A stretch of DNA of 64,000 nt from Lama guanicoe. Lineage: Eukaryota. This document shows positions 17,845 through 31,379 of the stretch, piece after piece (within the stretch, counting starts at the first letter, position 1; the number at the start of each line of letters is the position of its first letter). The DNA lies in assembly GCA_013239625.1 (NCBI GenBank), contig MU053934.1, positions 31,241 through 95,240 on the forward strand, written 5' to 3'. Under the pieces are notes generated by a model. The model saw only the letters and a list, made by a program, of their open reading frames with translations. It was not told the origin of the DNA and did no database searches. Both the position numbers and the translations under genes were made by a program.

Positions 17845-19384
17845 TAAAGACATTGAAATAATCTCAACTTTTCCCAAAATTTGTATGTGTAGTAGAGACT
17901 TTTATTTTTTCTCAACACTTTGAGGGTACATCACCAACATGGTGCCCAGTGGCTCTGAGTCCTTCAGTGTGTAAATCCTACACAACCTCAAAACATCACA
18001 CAAATCAGGACGTTAACACTGATCCATTACTGCCACCTAATCATCAGATCCCATTCAGTTTCATCCAGTGTCCCCATTTGTCCTTCTTGATAAAAAGATC
18101 TAATTCAGAATCATGCGGTATATTTGGTTGTCATGCTTTTTTCAGTTTTCTTCCACCTAGATCATTTCTTCAGTTTTTTCCCTTGACTTTCATGATTTTA
18201 GCCCTTTTGAAGATGGCAAACCAGCTGTGTTGTAAAAGCACCTGAGGGTTTTCTGATGCTCTCCTGATTAGATCAGCCTGTGCATCCTTAGCAGGAACAC
18301 CACACACGTGATGCCATGCTCCTCTCCTTGGGTCTTTTCAGGTGGCACGTGGTGTTGAAATGTTCTGTTAGTGATGATGTTCACTTTGACCATCTGATTA
18401 AGGCGACGTCTGCACATCACACCCACTGTGAAGTATTTGGGAGAGGGCAAGGTGCTTTAAGATTGCTCTTCATCAAATTTTCAATTAATGCATTTAATTA
18501 TTATATATGGCTTCCTGTTATCAAATTATGGTGAGCTATAATCCATCCCTGTCATGTATTCTGACGGGCACGTTGTCCCTGATTTGGCCACTAGAGCCCC
18601 TGCAAACTAGTTTCTCTGTCATTTTGACACGTCCCCATCCTCTTTGAGCACTTGTTTTTGTTTTCTGGCACAAAATGTTCTAAGGTTCACCTGGTTCTTT
18701 TCCTATTTCTGCCTGGAATCTGCCTTTGCTCCAAAGAGCCCTCATTCCTCAGAGTGGAGAAGGGTATTTCACAAACAAGACCTGGGCACTAGGGTGTCAC
18801 TGTTCCCAGGCCCCATCAATGGACAAAGCTAGACGATGTGCATATTTACACGATATGTATCTCTATGCCTATCTGTTTAAATTGAATTCACATAATACCT
18901 CCAATTCCAATCCTACACCACTAGGCTCATTCATATTTTCACCTTTTCCATGTTCGTAAACCCTTTCTATGACAGTGAGAAACCTGGTACCCATTGTCCT
19001 TATTGTCCTTAAAATGTATCCTTTGTAGGTGCAAATCTACTTGTAACCTCTGCTCTCGGTTCCTGGATTTGGACCCTGTTCATCATCTCAATCCTAGCTG
19101 AATTCTCGTCTGAAGGACGAAGGACGTCCTGAGCCCCGTGACCCTCAGGGATCCCCAAGCCCGTCAGCTCCCAGGCTCTACAGGAGTTGCCCATCCAAGA
19201 GGCGGGGATTGTTTCCTTTTTTTTTCACTGGTCTTTCGTTCCTCTCTCGGTTGTAAGTTTCAATTCAACGGCTATGAGCTATTTCTCAACTCTGATTATG
19301 CATGAGATTGTCAAAGCTTCATCCTATAGTTACTGTATCAGACACTTGGGAGTAGCTGTAGATAACCTGTGTGCTTTGCTTAGG

Positions 19385-19579
19385 NNNNNNNNNNNNNNNN
19401 NNNNNNNNNNNNNNNNNNNNNNNNNNNNNNNNNNNNNNNNNNNNNNNNNNNNNNNNNNNNNNNNNNNNNNNNNNNNNNNNNNNNNNNNNNNNNNNNNNNN
19501 NNNNNNNNNNNNNNNNNNNNNNNNNNNNNNNNNNNNNNNNNNNNNNNNNNNNNNNNNNNNNNNNNNNNNNNNNNNNNNN
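19385..19579. other. Assembly gap (195 N)
   Basis: Run of N. Confidence 1.
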
Positions 19580-19706
19580 GTCGTACTTTCATCTCTCAGA
19601 AAGGGATTCCATCTGCATACCACTGCTTCTCGGAGGTGAAACCATTCAAAATTGCTGTTTTGTTGGGCAAAGTCAGGCAAATACTAACATGGTCAATATA
19701 ATATTT

Positions 19707-19986
19707 NNNNNNNNNNNNNNNNNNNNNNNNNNNNNNNNNNNNNNNNNNNNNNNNNNNNNNNNNNNNNNNNNNNNNNNNNNNNNNNNNNNNNNNNNNNNNN
19801 NNNNNNNNNNNNNNNNNNNNNNNNNNNNNNNNNNNNNNNNNNNNNNNNNNNNNNNNNNNNNNNNNNNNNNNNNNNNNNNNNNNNNNNNNNNNNNNNNNNN
19901 NNNNNNNNNNNNNNNNNNNNNNNNNNNNNNNNNNNNNNNNNNNNNNNNNNNNNNNNNNNNNNNNNNNNNNNNNNNNNNNNNNNNNN
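19707..19986. other. Assembly gap (280 N)
   Basis: Run of N; a 127-bp sequence island lies between the two gaps. Confidence 1.
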
Positions 19987-20582
19987 AGCCTAACCAGTAA
20001 GACAAGGTACCTCCATGTGCAACTGGAAGATGTATTACTGGGCCCGGTGTCGGCACCGAGTCACATCTAAGGAAAGACAGTTCAGTAACTAACATTATTA
20101 AAAGCAAATTTATGTTTTTACTGGCTTCTCTTAGGCATATCTCAGAGGATACAATTTATAACTCAAAGCAATACTTTTAAAAAATCTCTTTCCCCTGTTC
20201 TTCTCAATTCCCTTCCTCATTCTCGACTTGCTACTAAATGTCTACTTGAAATCAAGCTCGTGATTCCTTCCTGCCTCTTTTCAGTTTCCCGCACATGTAG
20301 GAGGCCCAGACCTTGCCGCTCTCATATGCCCATCCCTTCCCTCATAGACCGTTCCCTCTGACTTCTTCTCACTCCAATCCTGATGTTCACAGACCCCACT
20401 TCCTTCCAGAAAGCTTGTGCTCCCGGCCTGCTCCGCAACTTGCCACCTGCTGGGAGGGGACGTGTGGCTCCATCTCTCACTAGTTTGGGCTGGGAATCGG
20501 TCCAGTTCTCAGATTACAAAGGAGAGTTCAGAAACTGACCCTAAAAGCAAAACTTCTTCCTTCAGAGAGAGAAGCTTGGAGG

Positions 20583-22130
20583 GTGTGGTAGACAGAATTC
20601 TAAAATGTCCCCTAGGTCCCCTGCCTCCTGGGGTACATGCCCTGTGTAACTTCCAGGGCTGTGAGCATGCCGGAGTTACTCCTGGGATTCGGTTATGTTA
20701 TATATATGTTGACTTAAGGGAGATCATTGCTTGACCTAATCAAGCGAGCACTTTAAAAGCAGAGTGTTTTCACAAATATGAGGTTGGCACAGCTATGGAC
20801 TGACTTATTTATGAGTGAGTGGAATAGGATATAGAGTCCAAAAGTGGATCCTAGGATACATGATAATTTATATTTGAGTGAAGCTGTTATTTTCCCAAAT
20901 GAAAAAGTGTGAGTGATGTATACAAGGTACCGACACTACCAGGTATCCTAGTGGAAGAAAATAAAATTGGATCCTGCTCTTAAACCAATAAAAGAAAATT
21001 TCTAGACACATTACACACAGCAGTGTGGCAATAATAATAGTTTTATAGTGTGATGTAGGGGACTATGAGTACAATGTCAGGCGGGGGAGACCTTAACCAA
21101 GGTTGGAGACCCAGAAATTATTAAAAACATGTAAATGTATTTGAGCCTCTAAACTAAAACCTCATGGCAATGAAACCAAAGAAAAGTTGAAAAAAATGGT
21201 CACTTCTGTGTTTAATATCTATCATTTAAAAATGAGCTCTAAAAAGTGGACAAGAAAGATAAATAACCCCAAAGGAAAATTAATTAAAAAAATGAACTGG
21301 CAACTTACATAAGTGCAATTCACCAAGAAACGTATGAAGATGATAAATTTCACAGAAATATGAGAATGCATATTAAAATAATAATATAATCACTTTTCTC
21401 CAAACAGGCTGGAAAAAATTTCTAGCCCTTATCTTTAATTGTTATTTTGGATTTGGGGAGATACACACTCCCAAATGTTGCTGATGGTGGTAGGAATTGC
21501 TGTAACCTTTTAGAAACAAATCATGGAATAACTATTAAAATCAATATATATTGTTTATAATTTTTAAATTGCACTGTATATAAATGCATAGTGTGCATTT
21601 GTTTATATTTATAGTATGTATTATTTGAAAAAAAAGAGACCACATGGCAAGCAAAGAAACCAAACAGACCACAGCAGGAGATTTTCTGCAGTTGGTGACT
21701 GAAGAAGGGAGGGCAGAGATGCAGTCCCACTGGCCTGGAAGAAGAAGCAGCAGCATGTTGTGAACCACCTATGGGGGCCACTTGGCAAGGAATGACGGTG
21801 ACTTCTAGGAGCTAAAACAAACCCTTGACTAGGAAGTTGAGACCTCAGCATGACAACCATAGGAACTGATCCTGACCAGCAACTTTAATGTGTTTGGAAG
21901 TGGGTTTTTCCCCCAGAGCATCCAGAAGGGAGCACAGCCTGGCTGACACTTTGATTTCAGCCTCATCAGACCCTGAGAGGGGGCCTCACCAGACCCTGAG
22001 AGGCGGCAGATAGCTAGGTGCTCTGGACATCTGACCTAGAGAATTGTGGGCTGGTAAGTGGGTGCTGTTTTAAGTCTCTTAAGTCTGCAGTAATTTTTCA
22101 CCAGGCAACTAGCCTAGAAAACTAACACAG
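20583..22130. mobile_element. MaLR (MLT1-like) LTR split by an old L1 fragment (~20775-21630)
   Basis: tgtggtagacagaattctaaaatg start; cacatggcaag...cctggaagaag...ctgacactttgatttcagcct...aaaactaacaca end. Confidence 0.65.
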
Positions 22131-22977
22131 AGGGAGAGTGTGGACAGATAAGAAAGCTCAGACATGAATACTTTGTGTTTCTGTTAATAAATAATAAAAA
22201 GATTAGTGGTCACCCAGTGCACAGGCTAAGGGCTGAATGGAGCGCTGGTGGAGAGGGCTGCCGGAGGCCAGGCGAAGGGACCTGCGGCCTGGGGCAATGA
22301 AAAACGTGCCCTAGGAGAGGTGGACCATGTGTTTCCAATCATGGAAGGCGGAGATTGGTAGCTAGAGAGAACAGGGAAAGCCCGCACAGCTTTCCAGACC
22401 ACCGTGGATAATAAGGATCTTCTTACGAACTATTGGTGGTCCCATTCCATCAACAGCTTTTACAGTATTTTGTTGGTTCCTTGTTTACCGCAAGTATTTT
22501 CAAGATCTCAGACTAGCTGTGATGTTGGCCTTTCCTGGTCACTGGATACTTAAAACACTATTATTTTGACAGTGCCCTGAGCATGAACTTTTCCATTTAC
22601 TGCTCAAAATTAAGGCAGCGCCACCTGCTACCAGCCCTCGTCGCCTGCCCTACCTTGGCCGAACGTCTGGCCGCAGAGTTGAGGGCTAGACGGCAGGAGC
22701 CCCTGGTGGAGATGCCATAGGTTGTCACTGTTCTTACTGAGATTCGGTGGACTTTTTGGAATAAATATTTCTTAGTTAACTTTTCTTACTTTGTTTTATA
22801 CTTTGGTCATTTCCCAGAATTTTAATTGTTTGTTTTTGGCAATTTTGTACAGTTTTAGTGTTGCTTTTTAAAGATTGCCAAGCTATTCCCAAGGACTCAC
22901 TCTCAATTAAATTTTTAACTTCGGTTCACCTTGTCAAGCAGAGAGCTTGGTGGGCACATACAAGGATGTCGGTAGGT

Positions 22978-23453
22978 TGTGTGAACGAAAATACTGCAAC
23001 CATATCAGTAAACAAAGAATGCTGAAACCAAGGCATCAGCGGCTGCAGCCACCCCCCAGGGAAGACAAGCGTGCAGCCCAGCCTCTGCAGCCACTCACAG
23101 TGGGTGCCCTCTGAGGGGACTCAGAATAAGAAAGGACAGGATACTGGCCCTAGATAGCTAGGTGCTTGTCAAAGGAATGAATTCAATGAGCCCAAATGTT
23201 TGCTTCTCCCATACATAGAAAAGCACTAAATTCTTTAACTTGAGATGCCTGGTTTTCTTTAGATAACAAGCAATCTTTTATTGTTCCAACTACCTGGTCT
23301 TTGTTGTAAAGCTCCTATATATCCTAGCTCCTCCCCTACCCCTTGGGAGCAGTCCCTCAGAGCGATCTGAGAGGCTGTCATCCAGGCTCAAGTCCTCCCG
23401 CCAAATAAGAGGTAACTCTCAACTTTTAGGCTGCGCATTTATTTCAGTCGACA
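22978..23453 (+). mobile_element. Solo ERV LTR, copy 1
   Basis: TG...CA termini, TATA-like ctatatat; near-identical reverse complement at 24689-25166. Confidence 0.85.
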
Positions 23454-23844
23454 GCTGATTATTATGGCAAAGCAAGAATTTATTGGATATATTGATAGTA
23501 AGGGAGAGAAGTTGAAGAAAAAGACGCCTGGGCTCTTAAATTAGGAGAAAAGCCTTTATTGTCCTATAATTAGACCTGATTTTATCACCTAAGTCACTTG
23601 TTCCCCCGGGGCTGATTTCCCAGTCTATAAAATTATGGGTTTAGAGTAAAGGAAATGAGATTCTCGTCCATCTCATATTTCTGTTGTCCGGGAAGAGTCA
23701 GAGGTGGACTCTCAGGTGGTGTTAAAGAAATGACCAGGAGCGGGGGAATACCCCAAACAGAGCTTGTCAGCCTAATGGGCCCAGGCTTGGCCGTCGTTAG
23801 AAGAGATGCCTTCCCGGGGTGGGCAGACAGAGGTGTTCTCACTT

Positions 23845-24050
23845 GGGATGTCAACTTGTCAGCTGTCTTAAACATATTTCAATGTTTAACTGTCCTGATT
23901 AAAAATTAACCCTGACTTCAGCATCAAGAGTCCAGAAAATCAAATATTGAGACAAAACCAATCTATTAAACCATTTACCATAAAGTTTCAAAATCAAGCA
24001 GACAAGCTAGTTATAGGACAGGTGAGGAGGTGGTCCGTGAAAAAGCTTCA
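23845..24050 (+). promoter_or_regulatory. Liver-type promoter of HP-25-like A
   Basis: HNF1-like GATTAAAAATTAAC at 23897-23910 and FOXA-like CAAATATTG near 23941. The same motifs recur in the same order at 50140-50220. Confidence 0.55.
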
Positions 24051-27000
24051 ATGCCTGGGGAAAAGGGAAGCGCTCTCTCCATGAGCATCGTGGGTAAGTG
24101 TTCTTAGCAATGTCTGTCAAGATGAAATCAACCCATTGTGTTGGTAAGGTGCACTTTCTTCTCTCTGCATGTGATTTTTATTATTATTATTATTATTTTT
24201 TAAAATTAAAACAACCCTGGAAGGCAGTTGCTGGTAATGCTGGCCAAAAAGAAAGGCATTTTCTTAAACCTGCCAATTGGATATTGCAAATAATGGAGAA
24301 GGAGTAGGTGTCACCTGGGAACCAAGACCTTTGCTTTCAATATGAAATTAATGTCCAGTCACTCAAATGAAATCAAGGCTATTTTCACATAAACAAAAGA
24401 ATGGATGCTAACAAAGTCCTTTATAGTTTCCAATTATGCATTAAAATTCAAAACTACAATGCTCATGATCAAACCAATAGTAAAACACACTGCTCTACAT
24501 GTTAAAATTTCTTATTCTCTTTCTGCTTCTTGATATCTGTCTCTGTTACTGCCTTTCTTTGTCTTGATTTCACCCCCAAATGTGTTTCACTATGACTATT
24601 TTGTGTTTACTGTTTATTCTCTTTGAGTCCCTTTCTAGCTCTCTCTTGATTATGTCCCACTTGAAATCCCTGTTCATTGTCTTCAAACTGTTGACTGAAA
24701 TAAATGCGCAGCCTAAAAGTTGAGAGTTACCTCTTATTTGGCGGGAGGACTTGAGCCGGAATGGCTCTCAGATCACTCTGTGGTACTGCTCCGAAGAGGT
24801 AGGGGAGGAGCTAGGATATATAAGAGCTTTACAACAAAGACCAGGTAGTTGAAACATTAAAAGATTACTTATTACCTAAAGAAAACCAGGCATCTCAAGT
24901 TAAAGAATTTAGTGCTCTTTTATGTATGGGAGGGAGCAAACATTCGGGCTCATTGAATTCATTCCTTTGACAAGCACCTAGCTATCTAGGGCCAGTATTC
25001 TGTCCTTTCTTATTCTGAGTCCCCTCAGAGGGCACCACTGTGAGTGGCTGCAGAGGCCGGGCTGCAGGCTTGTCTTCCCTGGGGGGTGGCGGCAGCCGCT
25101 GATGACTTGATGGCTTCAGCATTCTTTTGTTTACTGATCTGGTTTGCAGTATTTGTCATTCACACAACTAATTTTACTCCTTTACTATTCAACAATATCA
25201 ACTGATAAGACAGTAAAGTATATTTTGACAATATCTATTCTTATTAATTATTAATATGTAAAATTCCCAATCAGTGTTTTAAAAGCATTGTAGCCATTTG
25301 CCAGCCCCACCAGACACACACATACATCCTTACGCACATCTAGTTTTCACTTCTGTCTCTCAAACTTTCCCTGATTCCGCAGAGAACTGGAGTGAGTTTA
25401 CATGAATTCACAAGTATTCACAGGACAATATAAACAGACAGAGGAATATTGATTTTTAAAAGAAAAAAAAACTTTTATTATAGCAAATCCCAGAACAAGT
25501 AGGCTAAAATGAAGACGAGAGGAAATAAGGTGTAGTTATCAAGACAGTTTTTGAAATTTAAATGAAAATTTGTATCCAAGCTTCATGATAAAGACGTAGT
25601 CACTATACAAAATTTTTTGGTGAAGTTTATGCCTACTTCTTTCTTAAAAAAAGTCATTTATGCAAATTACTTTTTGTGTATGAAGGTCACACCTGCTTCT
25701 TTCTTGAGGGTCTTGAACTTACGGCAAAAGGAAATAATTTTCCTGGATTTTCATTTATGGATACTGAGTAAGTTAAACCACAAAGTCCTTGTCGATTTTC
25801 CTACAATAAATTCAATGAAAGATTTCCTGTTACCGTTTATTGTCCTGGCGTTATATTTTGAGAATAATGCTGGTTCATCTCAGCAAAATCAACTGAATAT
25901 ATCATTTTAATTTAGTTCCCTGTGTGGCCTTTGTGTGTTTATATGAATGTGTGTGTGTATATGGAATGGAATGGGGGAGGCAGTGAGTGTAAGCAAAAAT
26001 TGTGGCCCACTTTTATCCACCAAGACATAGACAATCCAGTATCGTATTTGTGTGAAAGAACAAATCACCAGAGAGTCTGGATATGTAGGTTTCAATCCTG
26101 GTTTCATCCTCAAAACTTAAAAGCCTGGAGAGAGCACAGCCATCATCTTTTCCAGGCCTTGGTTACCAAGCCCCTCACTGTTTCGTGGAGGAGTTTGGGA
26201 AACATGAAACACTGGAATGTGCCAAACTGTTCAAGATACACTCAGAGTTGTTTTTAAATTGTTTTGAGATGTGTCCTTCATTTTCATGTGATTGATTGTT
26301 GAAACTCTTTGTATTAACGTTCTCTCTAGTTTTAAAGTCAGAATAGCACTTTCCTTGAAAGATAGCAATAAGAATAAAATTAATAAGAAATAACTCGTAA
26401 AGAAATATGAATTATCTGCTAGACAGCCATACAAAGACCATACACATATCTTCTTAAACTTTAAAACTATTAAACACGGCAAGCACATGCTCCCAGCATC
26501 GTTCTGTAGATACAGCTGCAAGAGAAGTTAAGTGACTGACCTAAGGTCACTCAGCATTAAGGTAGCAATGCTAGAATTTGAATCAACGTCCTCTGACTTT
26601 TAAAATACGCTCATAAATCAGTGTGTTTCCTTTCATGACTTATCTTCAGCTTTGGAAGAGCATCATTTGGATCATCAATTAAAGGCAAAAAGTGATTAAT
26701 GTCTTGTTTGAATTAGAAAAGATATTCTAAAAGTTGTGATCACTGACTGATATTTTAAGAATTGAAACACTCTACTTTCAAGAGTGTATGACTCACGTTA
26801 AAGTTGGTTGTGTTTCCTGTAGTTGTTGTGTATATTTGTAACCCCTGAAAGTTGATTACTGAGGGCAGGTAGAAGGTTTAATGCTACCCGCAAGGACCTG
26901 GTAGTCTCATAAAGGGGGAAATACAGCAGGTGCATTCATCGAAGCAAGTACAATGCAAGCAGATTGTTTTTACTGGTTTGATACTTCAAAGTGGAATGAA

Positions 27001-29331
27001 GGCAACTAAGTAAAAAATTTTAGGGTAGTGGGAAAGAGTAGTTGGCTAATTCAATATCTGGTATTTATTGATTCATTCACCATCAAAGAACAATTAATCA
27101 TATATCTTCTCTGTTCCAAGCCCATTCAAACAATAAAACAATAAGTCAATATAGAGTAAGATGGGCAATTCAGGTGCTTATTCATCATCATCCAATTATT
27201 TAAAGGTCACTGCTCAACAGATGGCAGGAGGCTCTGAGTCCCTGAGAGAGAACCTCTGGGGTTCGCATGAGATTGGGAAAGCAGCATTGGTTTCAAATAG
27301 GATGGATTAGCTGATTTTCTTGGATTTTGTGTTCGGCATGAAATCATCTCAACTCAGCGTGCCTTCTAATCTTCTCTGGCTAAGTCACAGCATTGATACG
27401 TGTGGCATTTGGTGGAACTAAAGACCAAAATAACATCAGTTTCTTGGAATTGTGAAAACGTGCAGCCACTTGACAAAATTCGTAAGACAGTCTCTTTTTG
27501 GGAGGCTGATCCATCTCCCAACTTACTTGAAACTTCATTCATTTTTCTTCTGCTTCAGGTTTCTGGATTTTAGCCCTATTTCTCCTATTACTTGTGGCCA
27601 ATGTCAAGTCTTCAACAGATGGTCTGCCGTGTGAACCTCATGGACCCCCAGGACCTCAAGGACCCAGAGGTCTTCCAGGGCCAATTGGACTTCCAGGTGA
27701 AAAAAAACCTAACTGCTCTATTGGCCTCTCATAGATTCTCTCTGATGGCAATGTTCATGGATTCACCGAGATCTTCCAGGTGATCTGATGAGAATGCTGA
27801 TCATTAAGGCAAGTCATTTCTTGGTAACAAATGACTATGCCCTCTTTTTCTCAACCCTGAAGAGTCGTAATGTTCTTCCACTAAGACAGCATCTAACTAC
27901 CAAGAAATCTATATGCTAAAACAGCTCTTTGGACACATGAGAGGTGCAGTCCACATTGAGACTAGGGCAGAGCACTCACACTGGTGTCGCACGGTGTAGG
28001 TGTGAGCTGAGCTTCATACAGCGACACATCAGGCACATGGGGCAGCAGATACACGGCTTCCTGTTCTCTTGTCTTCTGCTGAGAGGTACGCTGGGCTAAG
28101 CTCACGTGGCGATCCCATCTGCTTTGAACACTTGTACCAACCTTCTGAAGCAGTGGTTTTTGAAACCTGGCTGAGCATCAGACTCATCCACAGACTTGCT
28201 AACATTTAGCTTCCTAGTCTCCATCCTCAGAGATTCCTTGAAAGGCTCACAGTGTTTACTGGCATTGAATAATTGGGGGATTCGGGTGGGATGGTGTTCC
28301 ACAACTGGGTCTAAGAAACAGGCATGTTTGGATACCACTGTTCAAAATTCCCATTTAATTCTGTTATGTTATGATCCCTGGATTTGTCTGGGTAGCTGCA
28401 GAGTGATCCTTAATATTCAGCCTTATGGTAAAGAAAAAAACATGGCAGAACATGTTTGATGATCAATTCACATATTCATCGTTTAATTATTCACTTATTG
28501 AACATTTTTGAGTGCTAATTTGATGATTGCTACTGAGTATAGCATTTTGAAAGAAAATTCAGACCCTAGCTCCCAGTATGGATAAGGAAATAGTCACATA
28601 AGGGAGAGATTACAATTCTTTGTGGTAATTCTTTATAACCATGGTAACAATCAATACCAAATGTGGTACAAGGCAATAGAACTTTTCCAAATCTGGAGGA
28701 GACAGGAGAACCTTCTGGAAGCAGTGATGCTTGGGCTAGGCTCTGACCAGTGAGAAGAAAGAAGTTGGAGAGGAAGAGGGGTAGGAAGGAAGAAATAATT
28801 CACATACCATGCAAAATACAAAATCTTAAATTATATCATTCTATTTTTTTTGTTTGTTTATTTTGAAATTTAGGACTCCCAGGTGTACCGGGAGCAAGAG
28901 GGAAAACTGGGTTACCTGGAGAGGTTGAGAAGTGCCCATCTCTACCTCAGTCTGCCTTTTCCGTCAAGCTGAATGGGTCTTTCCCGGGACCCTCCCGGCC
29001 CATTGTCTTCCAGGAAGCTCTGTACAACCATCCCGGCCACTTTGACCTGGCCACGGGGGTGTTCACCTGCCACGTCCCCGGTGTGTACCACTTTGGCTTT
29101 GACATTGCTTTGTCTCAGAACGTTGTCAAGGTGGGTCTCCTACGGAATGCCACCCAGATCAGAGACAAACAGGCAGAGGCCAAGGACGGCCATGAGTATG
29201 TTTCAGGAAGTTCCATCCTGCAGCTGGAGAAAGGGGACAGGGTCTGGCTGGAGTCAATGCTAGACAAAGAAGAATCTGGAAAAGGAATGATTCAAACCGT
29301 GTTTTATGGGTTTTTGATCAATGGAAATTAA
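24051..29331 (+). CDS. HP-25: HP-25-like collagen/C1q-domain plasma protein, paralog A, 212 aa; coding exons 24051-24093, 27559-27696, 28874-29331
   Basis: Phase-1 GT-AG introns. MPGEKGSALSMSIVG|FWILALFLLLLVANVKSS signal, Cys, 12 Gly-X-Y triplets, then a C1q domain (SAFSVKL...FDLATGVFTCHVPGVYHF...LQLEKGDRVWLE...VFYGFLINGN*). Resembles bovine HP-25 homolog 1 as I recall it. AATAAA at 29509-29514. Confidence 0.92.
24689..25166 (-). mobile_element. Solo ERV LTR, copy 2 (inverted), in intron 1 of HP-25-like A
   Basis: Reverse complement of 22978-23453, roughly 90% identical by eye. Confidence 0.85.
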
Positions 29332-30873
29332 AATGGCTTTGGGTTAGCTGCATAGTTCCCTCCCTCAAGTAACTCTGAATTTAAGAAAAGAAGCTTTCTA
29401 CTCCTCTCATGCCAAGTATTTCCTCTAGAATTGTTAAAAGATGAACAGCTCACAAAATCAGTAATGGCCAAGTTGAACAAAATGAATGTATTACCAATCA
29501 CTGAAATCAATAAAGACTCATGGTTCATCAACATTTCAACGATTTCTTTTTTGTGATTTCCCAAAATTCAAGGTCCTGAGTGGCAAAAATGTAGGAAAAA
29601 AAAAAAAAGATTGAGATAGGAAGCTGCCCAGCCAGATTTCTATTGAATACACCAGAAAAAGCCCCGTTCTGTTCTTTTCTTAAGCCTGTTTTTTTTTTTG
29701 TTTTTTATCTCTTCCAGGGGACAAAAACCTTGCTCAAAGTCTCAAATCTATTTTTGGAATTAAGGATATAAATATAGAAGTAAATATCTCTAGCAGAGAT
29801 AGCAAGTTGGTTTAAAAGACCAAATGAAAATGCTTCCCATCGGATGATTTCCCAAAGGCATACATAACTGGGTGGGTGACATGGCAATAGAGGCAGAGGG
29901 CCAAAGACAGAGGTGAGGGAATTTCTGTGGCTTCATAATTTTCAGGTCATTAATTTCCTTCAGGCTGTTAGTTCCTTACTCAATAATCCCTTCTTCCAGC
30001 TAATTTCTATTCTAGCTAAATTTGTTTGCATTGCCTCAATAAGCCCGATTACAAAAATGTAATTTGACGAGATTCTATTCCATTCACGGTGACCGTAGAA
30101 AACGCCATCTTTTCTGGTGAGATGTTAAGTTCATGATATTTGCTGGAGTCGCGTTTAAAATGGAAACAATTCAACTGGCTTGCGTCTTTGGCCTCTGGCC
30201 TCTGCCCTTTGCTTTCTCCATTTCTCTATAAAGAATGAAGATGCGGTTCTTCCAGACGCAACAACCATCTTGCAGGCATTAAACCAAAGCCACATAATAT
30301 AGCAGGATAAAAGTAATCAAGCTCTTTGTACATTGTGATGAGGATCTAAGCCAACCTTACACTACTGATGACTAGACTTTAAAAAATATTGGTGGGTTTT
30401 GCTTTTTTATTATTGAAGTATAAACTTCAATATATATACTTCATGTATACTTTTCTACAGCTGAACTTTAGTAAAGTGCAAAACTCTCAGGTACACAGCT
30501 TAATTAATTTTGTACACATACAAACATGGATACATCCAGATGACTGTATAGAGCATTTCTATCGTCCCAGAAGTCTCCTTGGTGCTCTTCTGGTCCACAA
30601 CTACATCTGCAGCACTGAATCCATTATTCTGACTTTTAGCATCATCAACTATCTTGGCCTATTCTTGGACCTTATATGAGTGATATCATCCAGCATAAAT
30701 CTTTTGTGTCTGGTGTTTTTTCACACATCATACTGTCTGTGAACTCTATCCACACTGTGGTAACAGTAGTGTAGTATTTCATTGTATAGAAATGTATAGT
30801 GTTTCATTGTATGAATACACCACCATTTACTTATTTACTCTTCTGCTGATGGATATTTGAGTGGCTTTGTGAT

Positions 30874-31361
30874 TGACCTTTTCACGCAAAACAATGAATT
30901 CAAAATCCACCTAATAAAGAGAAAACCCACAGGCCCCAAATGGTATCACTTGTGCTAAAGCCCATGGCACCAAACCTAGATTTAGTACCTAACCTAACTG
31001 CACTTTTGACCTTCCCCAGAAATGTAATCTTAATCAACCATTTGGGGATTTGCTGGTCAGCACCAATGAGGTAGTCTGTCCCGTGGTGCCACCTCCATCT
31101 TTCAAAGGAAGAAGAGGCAGTTTGCTTGATGAAATCTTCACCATTTCCTTCCCCCCAAAAGACATCCTGGCCCCAAATAACCCTCTCCATTCTTCTGCTA
31201 ATGGCTTCTTTGCCCCACCCTCCTTTCTACAAAAGCCTTCCATTTTGTACCATTTCTTGGAGCATCTTCTAGTTGCTAGATGGGATGCCATGTGATTCAG
31301 GAATCACCTACTAAAGCCAATTAGATCTTCAGATCTACCTGATGGAATTTTGTGTTTAACA
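30874..31361 (+). mobile_element. Solo LTR nested in old L1 sequence
   Basis: TG...AACA termini; flanks (30400-30870 and 31380-32620) read as antisense L1. Confidence 0.55.
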
Positions 31362-31379
31362 GATTGAAGCTGCTGTGTG

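Noticed and set aside
19187..20107. Long ORFs (116-209 aa) in the ORF track
   Set aside because: They are open only because they run through N gaps.
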